Below, piece by piece: positions 26,065 to 35,245 of a DNA stretch of 64,000 bases. A model generated the notes under the pieces. The model saw only the letters and a program-made list of their open reading frames with translations. It did not search any database and was not told the origin of the DNA. The position numbers and the translations under genes were made by a program. Location: assembly GCA_003133385.1 (NCBI GenBank), contig PKXF01000001.1, forward strand, positions 41,052 to 105,051, given 5' to 3'. How positions within the stretch are numbered: position 1 is the stretch's first letter; each line of letters starts with the position of its first letter. This DNA comes from Candidatus Saccharimonadota bacterium (GTDB lineage: Bacteria; Patescibacteriota; Saccharimonadia; Saccharimonadales; UBA4665).

Positions 26065-27696
26065 GTGGGTAATAACGAAACATTAACAATGCCTCAACCG
26101 TCGGTAGATGTTATTGATATGCAAGTATCTGCCGCACCAACACCAGAAGAAGCGGCAGCAATTTATACCTACCAGCGACAAGATGGAACGGTTGAACGGG
26201 CACGTAGTGCGCAAGATGCTATTGATCGTTGCCCGGTGTTAGGAAAATTAGCGATAGAAGACCCTGAGCAAGCTAATGTGCTCTTAGAGTTAGCCGCAGA
26301 CGGTGAAGATAGTACGTTAGCGGCGGCTAGCTCTCAACAAAAGCCGGAGGAGCAGAAACTAGATGAAACCGTAAAGGCTGACAATAAAACCGAACCAAAG
26401 ATTGAGCGCTTGGCTACAACAAGTTCAGACGTACCGGTCATATCAGAATCTGCCATTATAGCTGCAGCTCCAATGCACCGGCTGGATAAGATTCAGCCAG
26501 TTGATCAAACTACTTCCGAAGAAGCGTGGCATGTGACGGAAATCCACAGATTGATAGGTGACCAGATTGATAAGCTGCAACAGCCAGCTGAAACTGGGGG
26601 AAAAGCCGCCGCTCAACGCCAAGAGCCTGCATTAGTGACAAGAGAAAAAGTCATTCCACGAATAGAGACGGCAGACGCTGCGGACCGAATGCATATTGTG
26701 GAATACAGGGACAACCAATCCGTGGTTGCTGAAGAACAAAACACTGCCAATAAACCTGTCGCTGCTCACGACCATGCTGATCCCGAAGAACCCATAAAGT
26801 TTAAGGCTGCCCCGGGCGACACTGCCTGGCCTACTCTAGCTGAAGACATACGGCCTGTTACAGTGGAAATATCTAGTGTTTTTGATGATCCAACGCCCGT
26901 GTTTACGCTACAGCCTGACGCTCCAGCACCGGCGCAAATGCTTGAAGCTATAGTTCTGGACCAGCCCGAAGCCGATAGGTTATCCGACTTTCAGGAGCTC
27001 GAATCATCGATAGACGAAGTGGAGCCTTACACTGATATTCCCGGTCTAGTAGAGGCTCGTGGCTTGCCGCAACACGAAGCTATTTTTGACGATGAAGTCA
27101 TGGATACTTTTGAGCAGCTCATTGAACTTGTCTACGTGGAAGTAGCAACAATACCCTCATCTGGTATAGAACAACCCTTAAAACTACTAGAAGGCCAGGC
27201 TATACTTACAAGACCAGAAGTACCTGAGCCTATTGAACCCAACATTTTTGAAGAATTTGTTGCGTCCATTACTAAACCCAAAGACATCCCGGATTTAGAT
27301 ACAATTATGACCAGCGCAAACGAGCAAACACTTGAAGAAACCCTTGTACAGCTTAGCCTCTACTTGACCGAGACTGGACAAGATTCTGAAAGCCCTCCGG
27401 TTATACAGAAGACTTTGAGAAATTTGGCGGAGCTACTGTCTGGTGATGGCAGTGATGACACAGTTGAAAAAGACAAGTTATCTATTACTCCAGAACTGAC
27501 ACAGCAATTACTGACATTGCTACGGGCAGTTGGCTATGATAGCCCACAGGAAGTAATCCTAGCATTTGTTAAGGAACATAATTTTGAATTTCTAGTTGCT
27601 GCCATTCGTCATCTTTCTCAACTCTGTGATAATGACAGACATGAATTACTGCATATACAGTCAGCCCTATTACTTCTAAGCCTGACGAGCCCTTAA
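26065..27696 (+). CDS. Large, strongly acidic, probably mostly disordered hypothetical protein
   Basis: 543-aa ORF rich in E/D/P/A/T, with a more ordered-looking helical C-terminal ~120 aa. The start is GTG at 26065 or ATG at 26089. It has no signal peptide or TM span. Confidence 0.55.
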   Translation: MGNNETLTMPQPSVDVIDMQVSAAPTPEEAAAIYTYQRQDGTVERARSAQDAIDRCPVLGKLAIEDPEQANVLLELAADGEDSTLAAASSQQKPEEQKLDETVKADNKTEPKIERLATTSSDVPVISESAIIAAAPMHRLDKIQPVDQTTSEEAWHVTEIHRLIGDQIDKLQQPAETGGKAAAQRQEPALVTREKVIPRIETADAADRMHIVEYRDNQSVVAEEQNTANKPVAAHDHADPEEPIKFKAAPGDTAWPTLAEDIRPVTVEISSVFDDPTPVFTLQPDAPAPAQMLEAIVLDQPEADRLSDFQELESSIDEVEPYTDIPGLVEARGLPQHEAIFDDEVMDTFEQLIELVYVEVATIPSSGIEQPLKLLEGQAILTRPEVPEPIEPNIFEEFVASITKPKDIPDLDTIMTSANEQTLEETLVQLSLYLTETGQDSESPPVIQKTLRNLAELLSGDGSDDTVEKDKLSITPELTQQLLTLLRAVGYDSPQEVILAFVKEHNFEFLVAAIRHLSQLCDNDRHELLHIQSALLLLSLTSP

Positions 27697-27881
27697 CTAT
27701 TCATCTGGGCAAGGCTATCCTCTCGCTGGTGACAAGGTTCAAGGTTCCTGAAGTGGCCATAAGTGCTTGATATTACTTGATATTATACGTTGGAGTTACT
27801 TATGCCGGGTACTCCACAGCTAGCTGAGTATTTTGCCGAATGGTACCGTCGTCACGAATCGGATCTATAATAAACGCCATA

Positions 27882-28475
27882 CTATCCTCTAGCAAACATG
27901 AGCAAAATGAAGATATTTGTTAGGGCCAGCTTGGGCCTATAAAGCCGTTGTGCTTGCTTTTTACTCGCCTTTTTACCGGTGTAGTATGAACGTACCTGAA
28001 ACAAAAAGTAAAAACCTATGGCGCTGCCTATAAGTGTAAATACTAGCTTGCTAACTCCGCCGTACGTACTGTCAAAGGCCGAGAATACACCATAAAGAAC
28101 GTTAACTAGAGCACCTAGGAACAGGAAATTCCAGCCGGCTTGGCTGCGGGCCTTTAAGCCTGGGTAGGCTAGGAGTAGAATAAATCCGTCAACAGCGAGA
28201 GTAATCAGGCCCAACCAATAGAAAAACCCAAGGTGGTTTATCGTACCGCCTGTGCCATAAACTTGTGCGAGCGCGTTAGAATAGTTGACCAAACTGTTGA
28301 CCAGATGCCCTACGTGCCACAAACTCCAGGCCGCTAACAACTGCAGTACTCCGGCAACTAAAGCTATGATTGGCCAGGCTTTAACCAGCCAGTTGGTGGC
28401 ATCTTTTGGTAAAGGCGGTAAGCCATCGAAAATTGGTTCTAAGGTCTTTTCAATTTTACTAAATAAGGTACCCAT
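27882..28475 (-). CDS. Integral membrane protein, unknown function
   Basis: 197 aa with four hydrophobic spans and a basic tail. It is divergent from the MMPL gene. Confidence 0.55.
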   Translation of the reverse strand: MGTLFSKIEKTLEPIFDGLPPLPKDATNWLVKAWPIIALVAGVLQLLAAWSLWHVGHLVNSLVNYSNALAQVYGTGGTINHLGFFYWLGLITLAVDGFILLLAYPGLKARSQAGWNFLFLGALVNVLYGVFSAFDSTYGGVSKLVFTLIGSAIGFYFLFQVRSYYTGKKASKKQAQRLYRPKLALTNIFILLMFARG

Positions 28476-28630
28476 CCTGATAACTCCTCAATTTATATAC
28501 TCTAGAATATACGCCTTTTTAAGTTTTCAGCAAATATTAAGCTGAATGTTGCGGCCGGCAAGCAGGTCTTGTTGGCGTTATAAAAGGTACGTGGTATCTT
28601 ATTAACAAGTTCTAAATATCAGGGAGAGTC

Positions 28631-30790
28631 ATGTTTGCCAGCTTAGCCCGAATTATAAATAAACACCCAAAAACAATTATAGGTACTGCCCTCTTAATAC
28701 TGATAATATCGATTGTTTTGGGCGTCCAATCTTTTGGAAAACTACAAAGCGGGGGTTTTAATGACCCTGCCGCCCAATCAACAGTTGCCCAAAACCTTAT
28801 ACAGAGTAAATTTGGCGGCCAAGCTAACGTGGTATTCCTGCTGCACAGCACACGCGGCACCGTTGACAGCCCGGCGGCCAGCTCGGCAGGCCTTACTATC
28901 ACCAAAAACCTGGCTCAAGATCATTCTATTTCAAACCTGACAAGTTACTGGCAAAGTCCAAACCCGGCTCTTAAGTCCCGTAGTGGTACTTACGGCCTTA
29001 TTGTTGGTCACATCAAGGGAGACGATGCCACGATTACGGCCTACGCCAAAGTACTTATTAACAAGTACACCATAAGCACGCCCGTCTATAGCATGCAGCT
29101 CGGCGGCAGTGCTCCGTCAGGAGTGGATATAAACAACCAAGTCGGTAAAAGTTTAGGCAAAACCGAAGGCCTGGCCATTCCACTGACCCTGCTCTTTCTG
29201 CTAGTCGCATTCGGCACCGTAGTATCGGCCTTGCTGCCACTAATTATCGCCGTGATGGCCATCTTTGGCACTTTCGCGGAGTTATACATACTAGGCAGTA
29301 TTACCAGCGTATCAATCTACGCTATCAACTTGACTACCGCGCTGGGCCTGGGCCTGGCGATTGATTATGGCTTATTTATCGTCAGCCGCTACCGGGAAGA
29401 GCTAGCCGAGGGCAAGAGCGTTGAGGATGCGGTAAGCCACACCATCCAGACTGCCGGCCGGACAGTCGTTTTTAGTGCTACGGCTGTCTCTTTAGCCCTG
29501 GCGGTGATGGCAGTGTTTCCGCTCTACTTCTTGCGTTCATTTGCCTATGCCGGCATAGGCGTAGTAGTTATATCGGCCGCTATGGCTCTAATCGTTTTAC
29601 CGGCTATTTTAACTAAGCTGGGCCATGGCGTCGAAAAAGGCAGACTGCCGTGGGCTAACCGGGTCAGGCGGGTTGAGGCGCCAGCGTGGCGGCATCTTGC
29701 TAGGTTTGTCATGCGTCACCCGCTTATAACTGCCTTGCCAGTTATTGTACTGTTGCTGGCGATCGCCAGCCCACTGCGTCATATAGCTTTTTCTACGCCA
29801 GATGAGCGGGTGTTGCCTCAAAGCACAGCTACCTACCAAGTTGGTAATATTTTAAGAACTCAGTTTTCAACTAATGCTAACAGTCAGATCAATGTAGTCT
29901 TGGGCGGTAAGTCGTTAAATCCGGTTCAACTAGCCGATTACTCAAAGCGCCTGTCTAGCCTTCAGCAGATCGATGATGTCGGTACATACGCCGGCACCTT
30001 TGCACACGGTCGTTTAGTCTCGTCTAAGCCACGGGTAAACCCTAGCGGCTCAGACGTTCTGTTGAACCTTGATACTCATGTTGATCCACAATCAGCAGCC
30101 GGAACGCAACTGGTTAAAACTATTCGTGCTCTGCGGGTGCCGGCCGGTGCCCAACTTTATGTAGGCGGCAACGCCGCGGCTTTAGTAGACACCGAGCACT
30201 CTATTGCCTCACACTTGCCGGTAGCTATAATCCTGATCATTGTCTCAACTTTTGTGGTTCTATTCTTGTTCACGGGCAGCGTATTCCAACCCGTAAGGGC
30301 ACTGTTATCAAATGGCCTGACTTTGGCGGCTACTTTTGGCCTGATAGTTTGGATTTTCCAAGAGGGCCACTTTGCTTCCACACTTGGCTTCACGGCACTG
30401 CCTATCAACATCACCATGCCGATACTATTATTCTGCATCGCCTTCGGTCTTTCCATGGATTATGAAGTGTTCTTGCTGAGCCGCATTAAGGAACATTACG
30501 ACACCGGCGTTACAACCACTGAAGCTGTGGCATACGGCATGGCCCGGGCCGGGCGCATCGTGTCGACTCTGGCGGTTATCCTGGCAGTAAGCTTCTTTGC
30601 CTTTAGTGTATCTTCCATCAGCTTTTTGCAACTATTTGGTATAGGCACCGGCTTTGCTATTTTGGTGGACGCCACTTTGGTACGGGCAGTATTAGTGCCA
30701 GTATTTATGCATGTTTTCGGTGATAAGGCTTGGTATGCTCCAAAATTGCTCAAGAAACTGCACAAACGCTTTGGTGTGACAGACGGTTAA
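28631..30790 (+). CDS. MMPL-family (RND superfamily) membrane transporter
   Basis: 719 aa with two repeats of about 6 TMS plus an extracytoplasmic domain. AIDYGLFIVSRYREEL and SMDYEVFLLSRIKEHY are the paired MMPL signature segments. Confidence 0.85.
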   Translation: MFASLARIINKHPKTIIGTALLILIISIVLGVQSFGKLQSGGFNDPAAQSTVAQNLIQSKFGGQANVVFLLHSTRGTVDSPAASSAGLTITKNLAQDHSISNLTSYWQSPNPALKSRSGTYGLIVGHIKGDDATITAYAKVLINKYTISTPVYSMQLGGSAPSGVDINNQVGKSLGKTEGLAIPLTLLFLLVAFGTVVSALLPLIIAVMAIFGTFAELYILGSITSVSIYAINLTTALGLGLAIDYGLFIVSRYREELAEGKSVEDAVSHTIQTAGRTVVFSATAVSLALAVMAVFPLYFLRSFAYAGIGVVVISAAMALIVLPAILTKLGHGVEKGRLPWANRVRRVEAPAWRHLARFVMRHPLITALPVIVLLLAIASPLRHIAFSTPDERVLPQSTATYQVGNILRTQFSTNANSQINVVLGGKSLNPVQLADYSKRLSSLQQIDDVGTYAGTFAHGRLVSSKPRVNPSGSDVLLNLDTHVDPQSAAGTQLVKTIRALRVPAGAQLYVGGNAAALVDTEHSIASHLPVAIILIIVSTFVVLFLFTGSVFQPVRALLSNGLTLAATFGLIVWIFQEGHFASTLGFTALPINITMPILLFCIAFGLSMDYEVFLLSRIKEHYDTGVTTTEAVAYGMARAGRIVSTLAVILAVSFFAFSVSSISFLQLFGIGTGFAILVDATLVRAVLVPVFMHVFGDKAWYAPKLLKKLHKRFGVTDG

Positions 30791-31224
30791 GCTCCCGTGC
30801 TTTTGGGCAGTTTAGTAATTTTATCTTGGATTACGGCGCAGAAAAAACCTAAGGTGATGATGGTGGTTACCCATACTACCGCCAAGGCGATAAGTATCAG
30901 TGTTAGGCTTATGTGCTGGACTTGTATATTAAACCTAATAACCGGCTCACCGATTAGTGCCAGGTTTATTACGATTATATAGAGCAAGAACGTATCAGAG
31001 TACTTGATTCGGCTGTAGGAGACAAAGTCAAGGGCGTTGGCATAGCGCCACATCCACCAGTAATTGCCTATAGGCAGGGCCAGCAACCAAGTCGAAGGTA
31101 TGATAGGTCTGCCAGCCGACCGTATAATGTCCCGACGGCTTTTGCTACACCAATAGAAGAAGTAGAAGCCCAGGCTTAATGCCTGATACGTAAAAATCTT
31201 CCGTCTGGAGACACCTTGGAGCAT
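30787..31224 (-). CDS. DUF4234-like membrane protein
   Basis: 145 aa. LGFYFFYWCSKSRRDI...IPSTWLLALPIGNYWWMWRY aligns by eye with the neighbouring paralogue. Confidence 0.6.
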   Translation of the reverse strand: MLQGVSRRKIFTYQALSLGFYFFYWCSKSRRDIIRSAGRPIIPSTWLLALPIGNYWWMWRYANALDFVSYSRIKYSDTFLLYIIVINLALIGEPVIRFNIQVQHISLTLILIALAVVWVTTIITLGFFCAVIQDKITKLPKSTGA

Positions 31225-31230
31225 AAAAAC

Positions 31231-31800
31231 TTATTGTACTTGCGGCGGTGCGGGTGGCTGGACGGTTGGCGGTTCAGCAGGTTCTGATGGCGTTTCGGGT
31301 GGTGTTTCAGGAGCAACACTAGGTGGAGGTGGAGGCGGAGTCGGGCTGGCGTCGGGCCCGCCAAAGTTATTGTCAGGTTGTGGCTGGGCAGGCGGCTCTG
31401 GAGCAGCCGTCGGGCTAATTGCCTGGGCTTGATCGGGAGTGACTTCTGGGGTAGTGGTGGCAGCGGGTACCGGGCTAGAACCCTGATTTGCTACAGCCTC
31501 TGCGGCTGGCAGGCCATTAAAGATATCTTGGATGATGGCCATGCCGATGACGCTAAGTATGTAAAGCAATACGAAGGCTAGGACCCCTGAGGTTTTCCCT
31601 CCCGTAACATGCTCTACGCCTTTAGAGTACTTCCACATCCAATAAATGTTTACTATTGGAATAATGAGCAACCAGGCGGTTGGAATTTCCGCCCCTAGTT
31701 TATTCATTTCGTTTTTGGTCTTTACGTTCCAGACTATTGCATATATTCCGAAGGTGATAATCGAGAAGAAGATAACGCCCAGGGGATTACGATGTTTCAT
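31231..31800 (-). CDS. DUF4234-like membrane protein with proline-rich C-terminal tail
   Basis: 189 aa. It has FGIYAIVWNVKTKNEMNKLG...IPTAWLLIIPIVNIYWMWKY and then an ~85-aa P/A/T/Q-rich tail that includes PPPPPP. Confidence 0.65.
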   Translation of the reverse strand: MKHRNPLGVIFFSIITFGIYAIVWNVKTKNEMNKLGAEIPTAWLLIIPIVNIYWMWKYSKGVEHVTGGKTSGVLAFVLLYILSVIGMAIIQDIFNGLPAAEAVANQGSSPVPAATTTPEVTPDQAQAISPTAAPEPPAQPQPDNNFGGPDASPTPPPPPPSVAPETPPETPSEPAEPPTVQPPAPPQVQ

Positions 31801-32143
31801 AAGTTTCCTTTTAGCTAGCTAGATTTATTACCTTAGTGTTTATAGTATGAGCATTGACAGCTAAACGCAAACACATTTAACAAAGCTTACTCTTAGCTTC
31901 ATACTGCTTATGTTTATACCACTCTTTGGTAAAACGGCCAACCCATGCGGTGGGGAAAACTTTTACTTTTTGCGTAGTGATGGTTTAACGTTCGGGTTTC
32001 GGGCGGCCATGTTGTGCAAGTTCAGGAACATTTGTTCTATGGTCATAGATCTATTGTCCTTTTTTTATTTCAAAGGTAACGAAGGCAGAATAGGCCCGCG
32101 TCCTGGGAACGTCTGTAAGATTTCTTACAGAACATTTTTTGGG

Positions 32144-32725
32144 TTATGACTGTTTTCGATTGCTTTTGGGCGCTGGTAACAGCTTGGTAGCACCATCGTA
32201 CTTGACGTGTAGCAAAGCTTGCTGCAATGAACGTAGTACCTGTTCGGCATGGGTGTGGCTTAGCCCGACGCGCGCGACAGGGATCGGTGGCGAGAGGCCT
32301 TTGTTTTGGGGGTTCGTTTGGGTAAAGTTCAGGGTAAGTCCGGCCTGGTTCCAGTTAATCTCCAAGCCGTCGCTGTACATCGTCCTCATGTCCATTGCCA
32401 GCATCATGACTATCGGCTTGTTGGTGAATGCCCCGGGTCCAGGTTCATTGCCTGATTCATTGAACTGCATGTGGTCGGTCAAGTCACTGTCATATTGGGC
32501 AAGTTCCCAGAGATGAAGCGCCTCTTGGTCCTGGACGCCAAAGTAACTAATGAGCAATAGCATGACTTCTTCTTCGGGGCGCTCCTGGCCGGTTTCAATA
32601 AGCTTAAGATCCTGCTCGTCTATCTCGATAGCGCCAGATACTTCAGCCAGGCTTCTACTAGCCTGCTCCCGGACATTCTTTAAGTGTTTGCCTAGGCTGG
32701 CGAAAGGTTTCTGGGGTCGATTCAT
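32144..32725 (-). CDS. XRE-family helix-turn-helix protein with unknown C-terminal domain
   Basis: 193 aa. The N-terminal LGKHLKNVREQASRSLAEVSGAIEIDEQDLKLIETGQERP is an HTH_XRE signature. It is divergent from murB, with 95 bp between the starts. Confidence 0.7.
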   Translation of the reverse strand: MNRPQKPFASLGKHLKNVREQASRSLAEVSGAIEIDEQDLKLIETGQERPEEEVMLLLISYFGVQDQEALHLWELAQYDSDLTDHMQFNESGNEPGPGAFTNKPIVMMLAMDMRTMYSDGLEINWNQAGLTLNFTQTNPQNKGLSPPIPVARVGLSHTHAEQVLRSLQQALLHVKYDGATKLLPAPKSNRKQS

Positions 32726-32820
32726 AATATCCTTTATATTACTGCGTTCCTATATATCTGTGCAAGTAGCACTGCATGGGCTTAATTTGCCTGGTACCAG
32801 TTGCTATATAATAAAGCGTA

Positions 32821-33855
32821 ATGGATATTCGGCACAATGTCAGCTTGTCAGGCTTCTCAACTATGGGGTTGGGCGGCAATGCTTTGCATCTCGTGGAAGT
32901 TACCGACCGTAAAGAGGTGCTCCAGGCACTGAACTGGGCACATGACCAGGGTTTACAGGTAGTCATGATCGGTATGGGCAGCAATATAATCTGGGGTGAC
33001 AGTGGCTTCCCCGGCCTGGTTATTGTAAACAAAATTCTGAACTACGAGGTTTATGAAGAGGACGATACCAACACTTACCTGACAATCGGGGCCGGTGAAC
33101 CTTGGGATAGCGTGGTGGAGCGCAGCGTTCAGGCCGGTTTAACCGGTATTGAAGCTCTGAGCCTGATTCCCGGTACAACTGGGGCGACGCCAATCCAGAA
33201 CGTTGGGGCTTACGGCCAGGAAATTGCCCAGACACTAACCACTATAGAGGCCCATGATGCCCTGAATGGCAGCTTTGTTACTATTCCGGTAAGTGAGTGT
33301 GGTTTTAGCTACCGTAGCAGCCGTTTTAAGACTATAGATAAGGGGCGTTTCTTTATTACCAGCATTACCTTGCACCTTAGAAAGGGGAACCCCCTGCCCC
33401 CGTTTTATGGTGCTGTCCAGGACTATTTTGATCAAAATAACATTGCTGAGCGTACCCCAGCCGCCCTACGTCAAGCGGTTATGGCTATTAGAACCGCCAA
33501 GCTGCCTGATCCGGCCATGGTGCATAATGTCGGTTCCTTTTTTGCCAACCCGATTGTCAGCGACTGGGAATATTCACAAATTAGCCAACAGAATCCGGGA
33601 CTTATACCTCATTGGGCCGTTGACACACACAAGGTGAAACTGTCGGCAGCCTGGTTAATTGAACAGGTCGGCTTCAAAGATGTACATGATGAGGCTACCG
33701 GCATGGCTACGTGGCCTAAGCAAGCCTTGGTGCTGGTCAACGAACACGCTAGTAGTACGGCCGATTTACTTGCCTTCAAGCAGAAAATTGTTGAAGCCGT
33801 AAAAACGAAATTTAATATAACGCTCGTGCAAGAGCCGGAACTTATAGCCGCTTAA
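32821..33855 (+). CDS. murB: UDP-N-acetylenolpyruvoylglucosamine reductase
   Basis: 344 aa with FSTMGLGGNA, IGMGSNII (FAD-binding domain) and the C-terminal MurB domain SAAWLIEQVGFKD. Confidence 0.9.
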   Translation: MDIRHNVSLSGFSTMGLGGNALHLVEVTDRKEVLQALNWAHDQGLQVVMIGMGSNIIWGDSGFPGLVIVNKILNYEVYEEDDTNTYLTIGAGEPWDSVVERSVQAGLTGIEALSLIPGTTGATPIQNVGAYGQEIAQTLTTIEAHDALNGSFVTIPVSECGFSYRSSRFKTIDKGRFFITSITLHLRKGNPLPPFYGAVQDYFDQNNIAERTPAALRQAVMAIRTAKLPDPAMVHNVGSFFANPIVSDWEYSQISQQNPGLIPHWAVDTHKVKLSAAWLIEQVGFKDVHDEATGMATWPKQALVLVNEHASSTADLLAFKQKIVEAVKTKFNITLVQEPELIAA

Positions 33856-33888
33856 GCTTGCCCCGATTAGCTAAAATACGGTCTTTTT

Positions 33889-35160
33889 TTATCCGTTAAC
33901 TCCGCCGGGAAGCGGAAAAGCTTTGGTAAATTCAGTCACTTCGCTATGAATTGCGCCCAGCTTAGCCTCGTCACTTTTAGCTGCGATGGCCCTATCAATC
34001 CAGTTGGCTACCTGGTCCATTTCGGCTTCTTTTAAGCCGCGGGTGGTCAGGGCCGGCGTACCAAGCCTGATGCCACTCGGGTCAAACGGCGGGCGAGGGT
34101 CAAATGGTACGGTGTTTTTATTGACGGTTATGCCTGCCTTGCTAAGCGCTTGTTCGGCTTCGGCGCCTTTTAGCTTTTTATTGGTCAGATCAATGAGCAG
34201 CAAATGGTTATCTGTGCCGCCAGTAACTAGTTGATAGCCTTTGTCGTTTAAGTGGGCGGCCAGGGCTTTGGCGTTTTTTACAATCTGTAAGCCGTATTCT
34301 TTAAATTCCGGCGTGGCGGCTTCTCTCAGGGCTACGGCTATAGCGGCCGTCTGGTGGTTATGCGGTCCGCCTTGCAGGCCGGGAATAATGGCCCGGTCTA
34401 TTAAAGTCGGCAGGTTATCTTTTGTCCGTTCGGCTTTTTTCAGCGGGTTTGACGGGTTACCGTTGCAGAGAATGATAGCACCGCGCGGACCGCGCAGAGT
34501 CTTATGGGTAGTAGTCGTTATGACGTCGGCGATACCAGCTGGTGACGGGTGGGCGCCGGCCACGATTAGGCCGGTAATGTGCGAGGTGTCGGCGATGAGC
34601 CAGGCGTTAGACAGATCAGCTATTTCCCGGAGTTTTTGCCAGTCGAAGATACGGGGGTAGGCCGTGGCACCAACAAATATAAGCTTCGGTTTCTCAGCCT
34701 CAACTTGTTTGGCCATCTCCTCATAATCTAGGTAACCGTCCTTGCCCGTCTGATACTGTACGGAGTTATAGTAGGTACCTGAAAAGTTGACCTTGAGCCC
34801 GTGCGTCATGTGCCCGCCAAAGTACAGCGCCATGCCCATGATTTTATCGCCCGGATCAACCAAGGCGTAGTAGACGGCCATGTTAGCCGGTGAACCGGAG
34901 TACGGCTGGACATTGGCGTGGTCAACCCCGAACAAGGCTTTGGCCCGGTCGCGGGCCAGGTTTTCAACTTTATCGACAAACTCGCAGCCGCCGTAGTAAC
35001 GCATGCCGGGGTAGCCTTCCGAGTATTTGTCCGTTAGCCGAGAGCCAAGCGCGTTAAGTACTTCTGGCGAAGTATGATTCTCGCTCGGTATCATCTCCAG
35101 TCCATCGGTCTGTCTTTTTGTTTCTAATTCAATTAAAGCTCTAATATCTTCGTCAATCAT
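33889..35160 (-). CDS. glyA: Serine hydroxymethyltransferase
   Basis: 423 aa with EMIPSENHTS, GYPGMRYYGG and the PLP-lysine segment TTTTHKTLRGPRG. Confidence 0.95.
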   Translation of the reverse strand: MIDEDIRALIELETKRQTDGLEMIPSENHTSPEVLNALGSRLTDKYSEGYPGMRYYGGCEFVDKVENLARDRAKALFGVDHANVQPYSGSPANMAVYYALVDPGDKIMGMALYFGGHMTHGLKVNFSGTYYNSVQYQTGKDGYLDYEEMAKQVEAEKPKLIFVGATAYPRIFDWQKLREIADLSNAWLIADTSHITGLIVAGAHPSPAGIADVITTTTHKTLRGPRGAIILCNGNPSNPLKKAERTKDNLPTLIDRAIIPGLQGGPHNHQTAAIAVALREAATPEFKEYGLQIVKNAKALAAHLNDKGYQLVTGGTDNHLLLIDLTNKKLKGAEAEQALSKAGITVNKNTVPFDPRPPFDPSGIRLGTPALTTRGLKEAEMDQVANWIDRAIAAKSDEAKLGAIHSEVTEFTKAFPLPGGVNG

Positions 35161-35245
35161 ACTTTTAAAACTCCCTTAAAGTTATCCTCTCCATATGTTG
35201 GTCGACGAATAGGTAGCTAGATCATAACTTTATTGTAACAGGTTG

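Noticed and set aside
27800-27820. Possible far-side repeat of the tRNA-Arg 3' end (CCGGGTACTCCA vs CGGGCGTACCA) that would define an island from 23575 to about 27815.
   Set aside because: The match needs gaps and is only about 9 of 12 identities. This is much weaker than the exact 13-30 bp repeats seen at tRNA-Lys.
27802-27870. A 22-codon micro-ORF (MPGTPQLAEYFAEWYRRHESDL) with a GGAG 7 nt upstream of its ATG, in the convergent gap after the 543-aa orphan.
   Set aside because: It is too short to support from sequence alone. It would need conservation or expression data.
35161-35245. A ZTP or THF riboswitch upstream of glyA or folE, or upstream of folD at 3060-3117.
   Set aside because: The leaders are only about 60-105 nt, and I could not find the conserved pfl/ZTP core or THF motif sequences in them.
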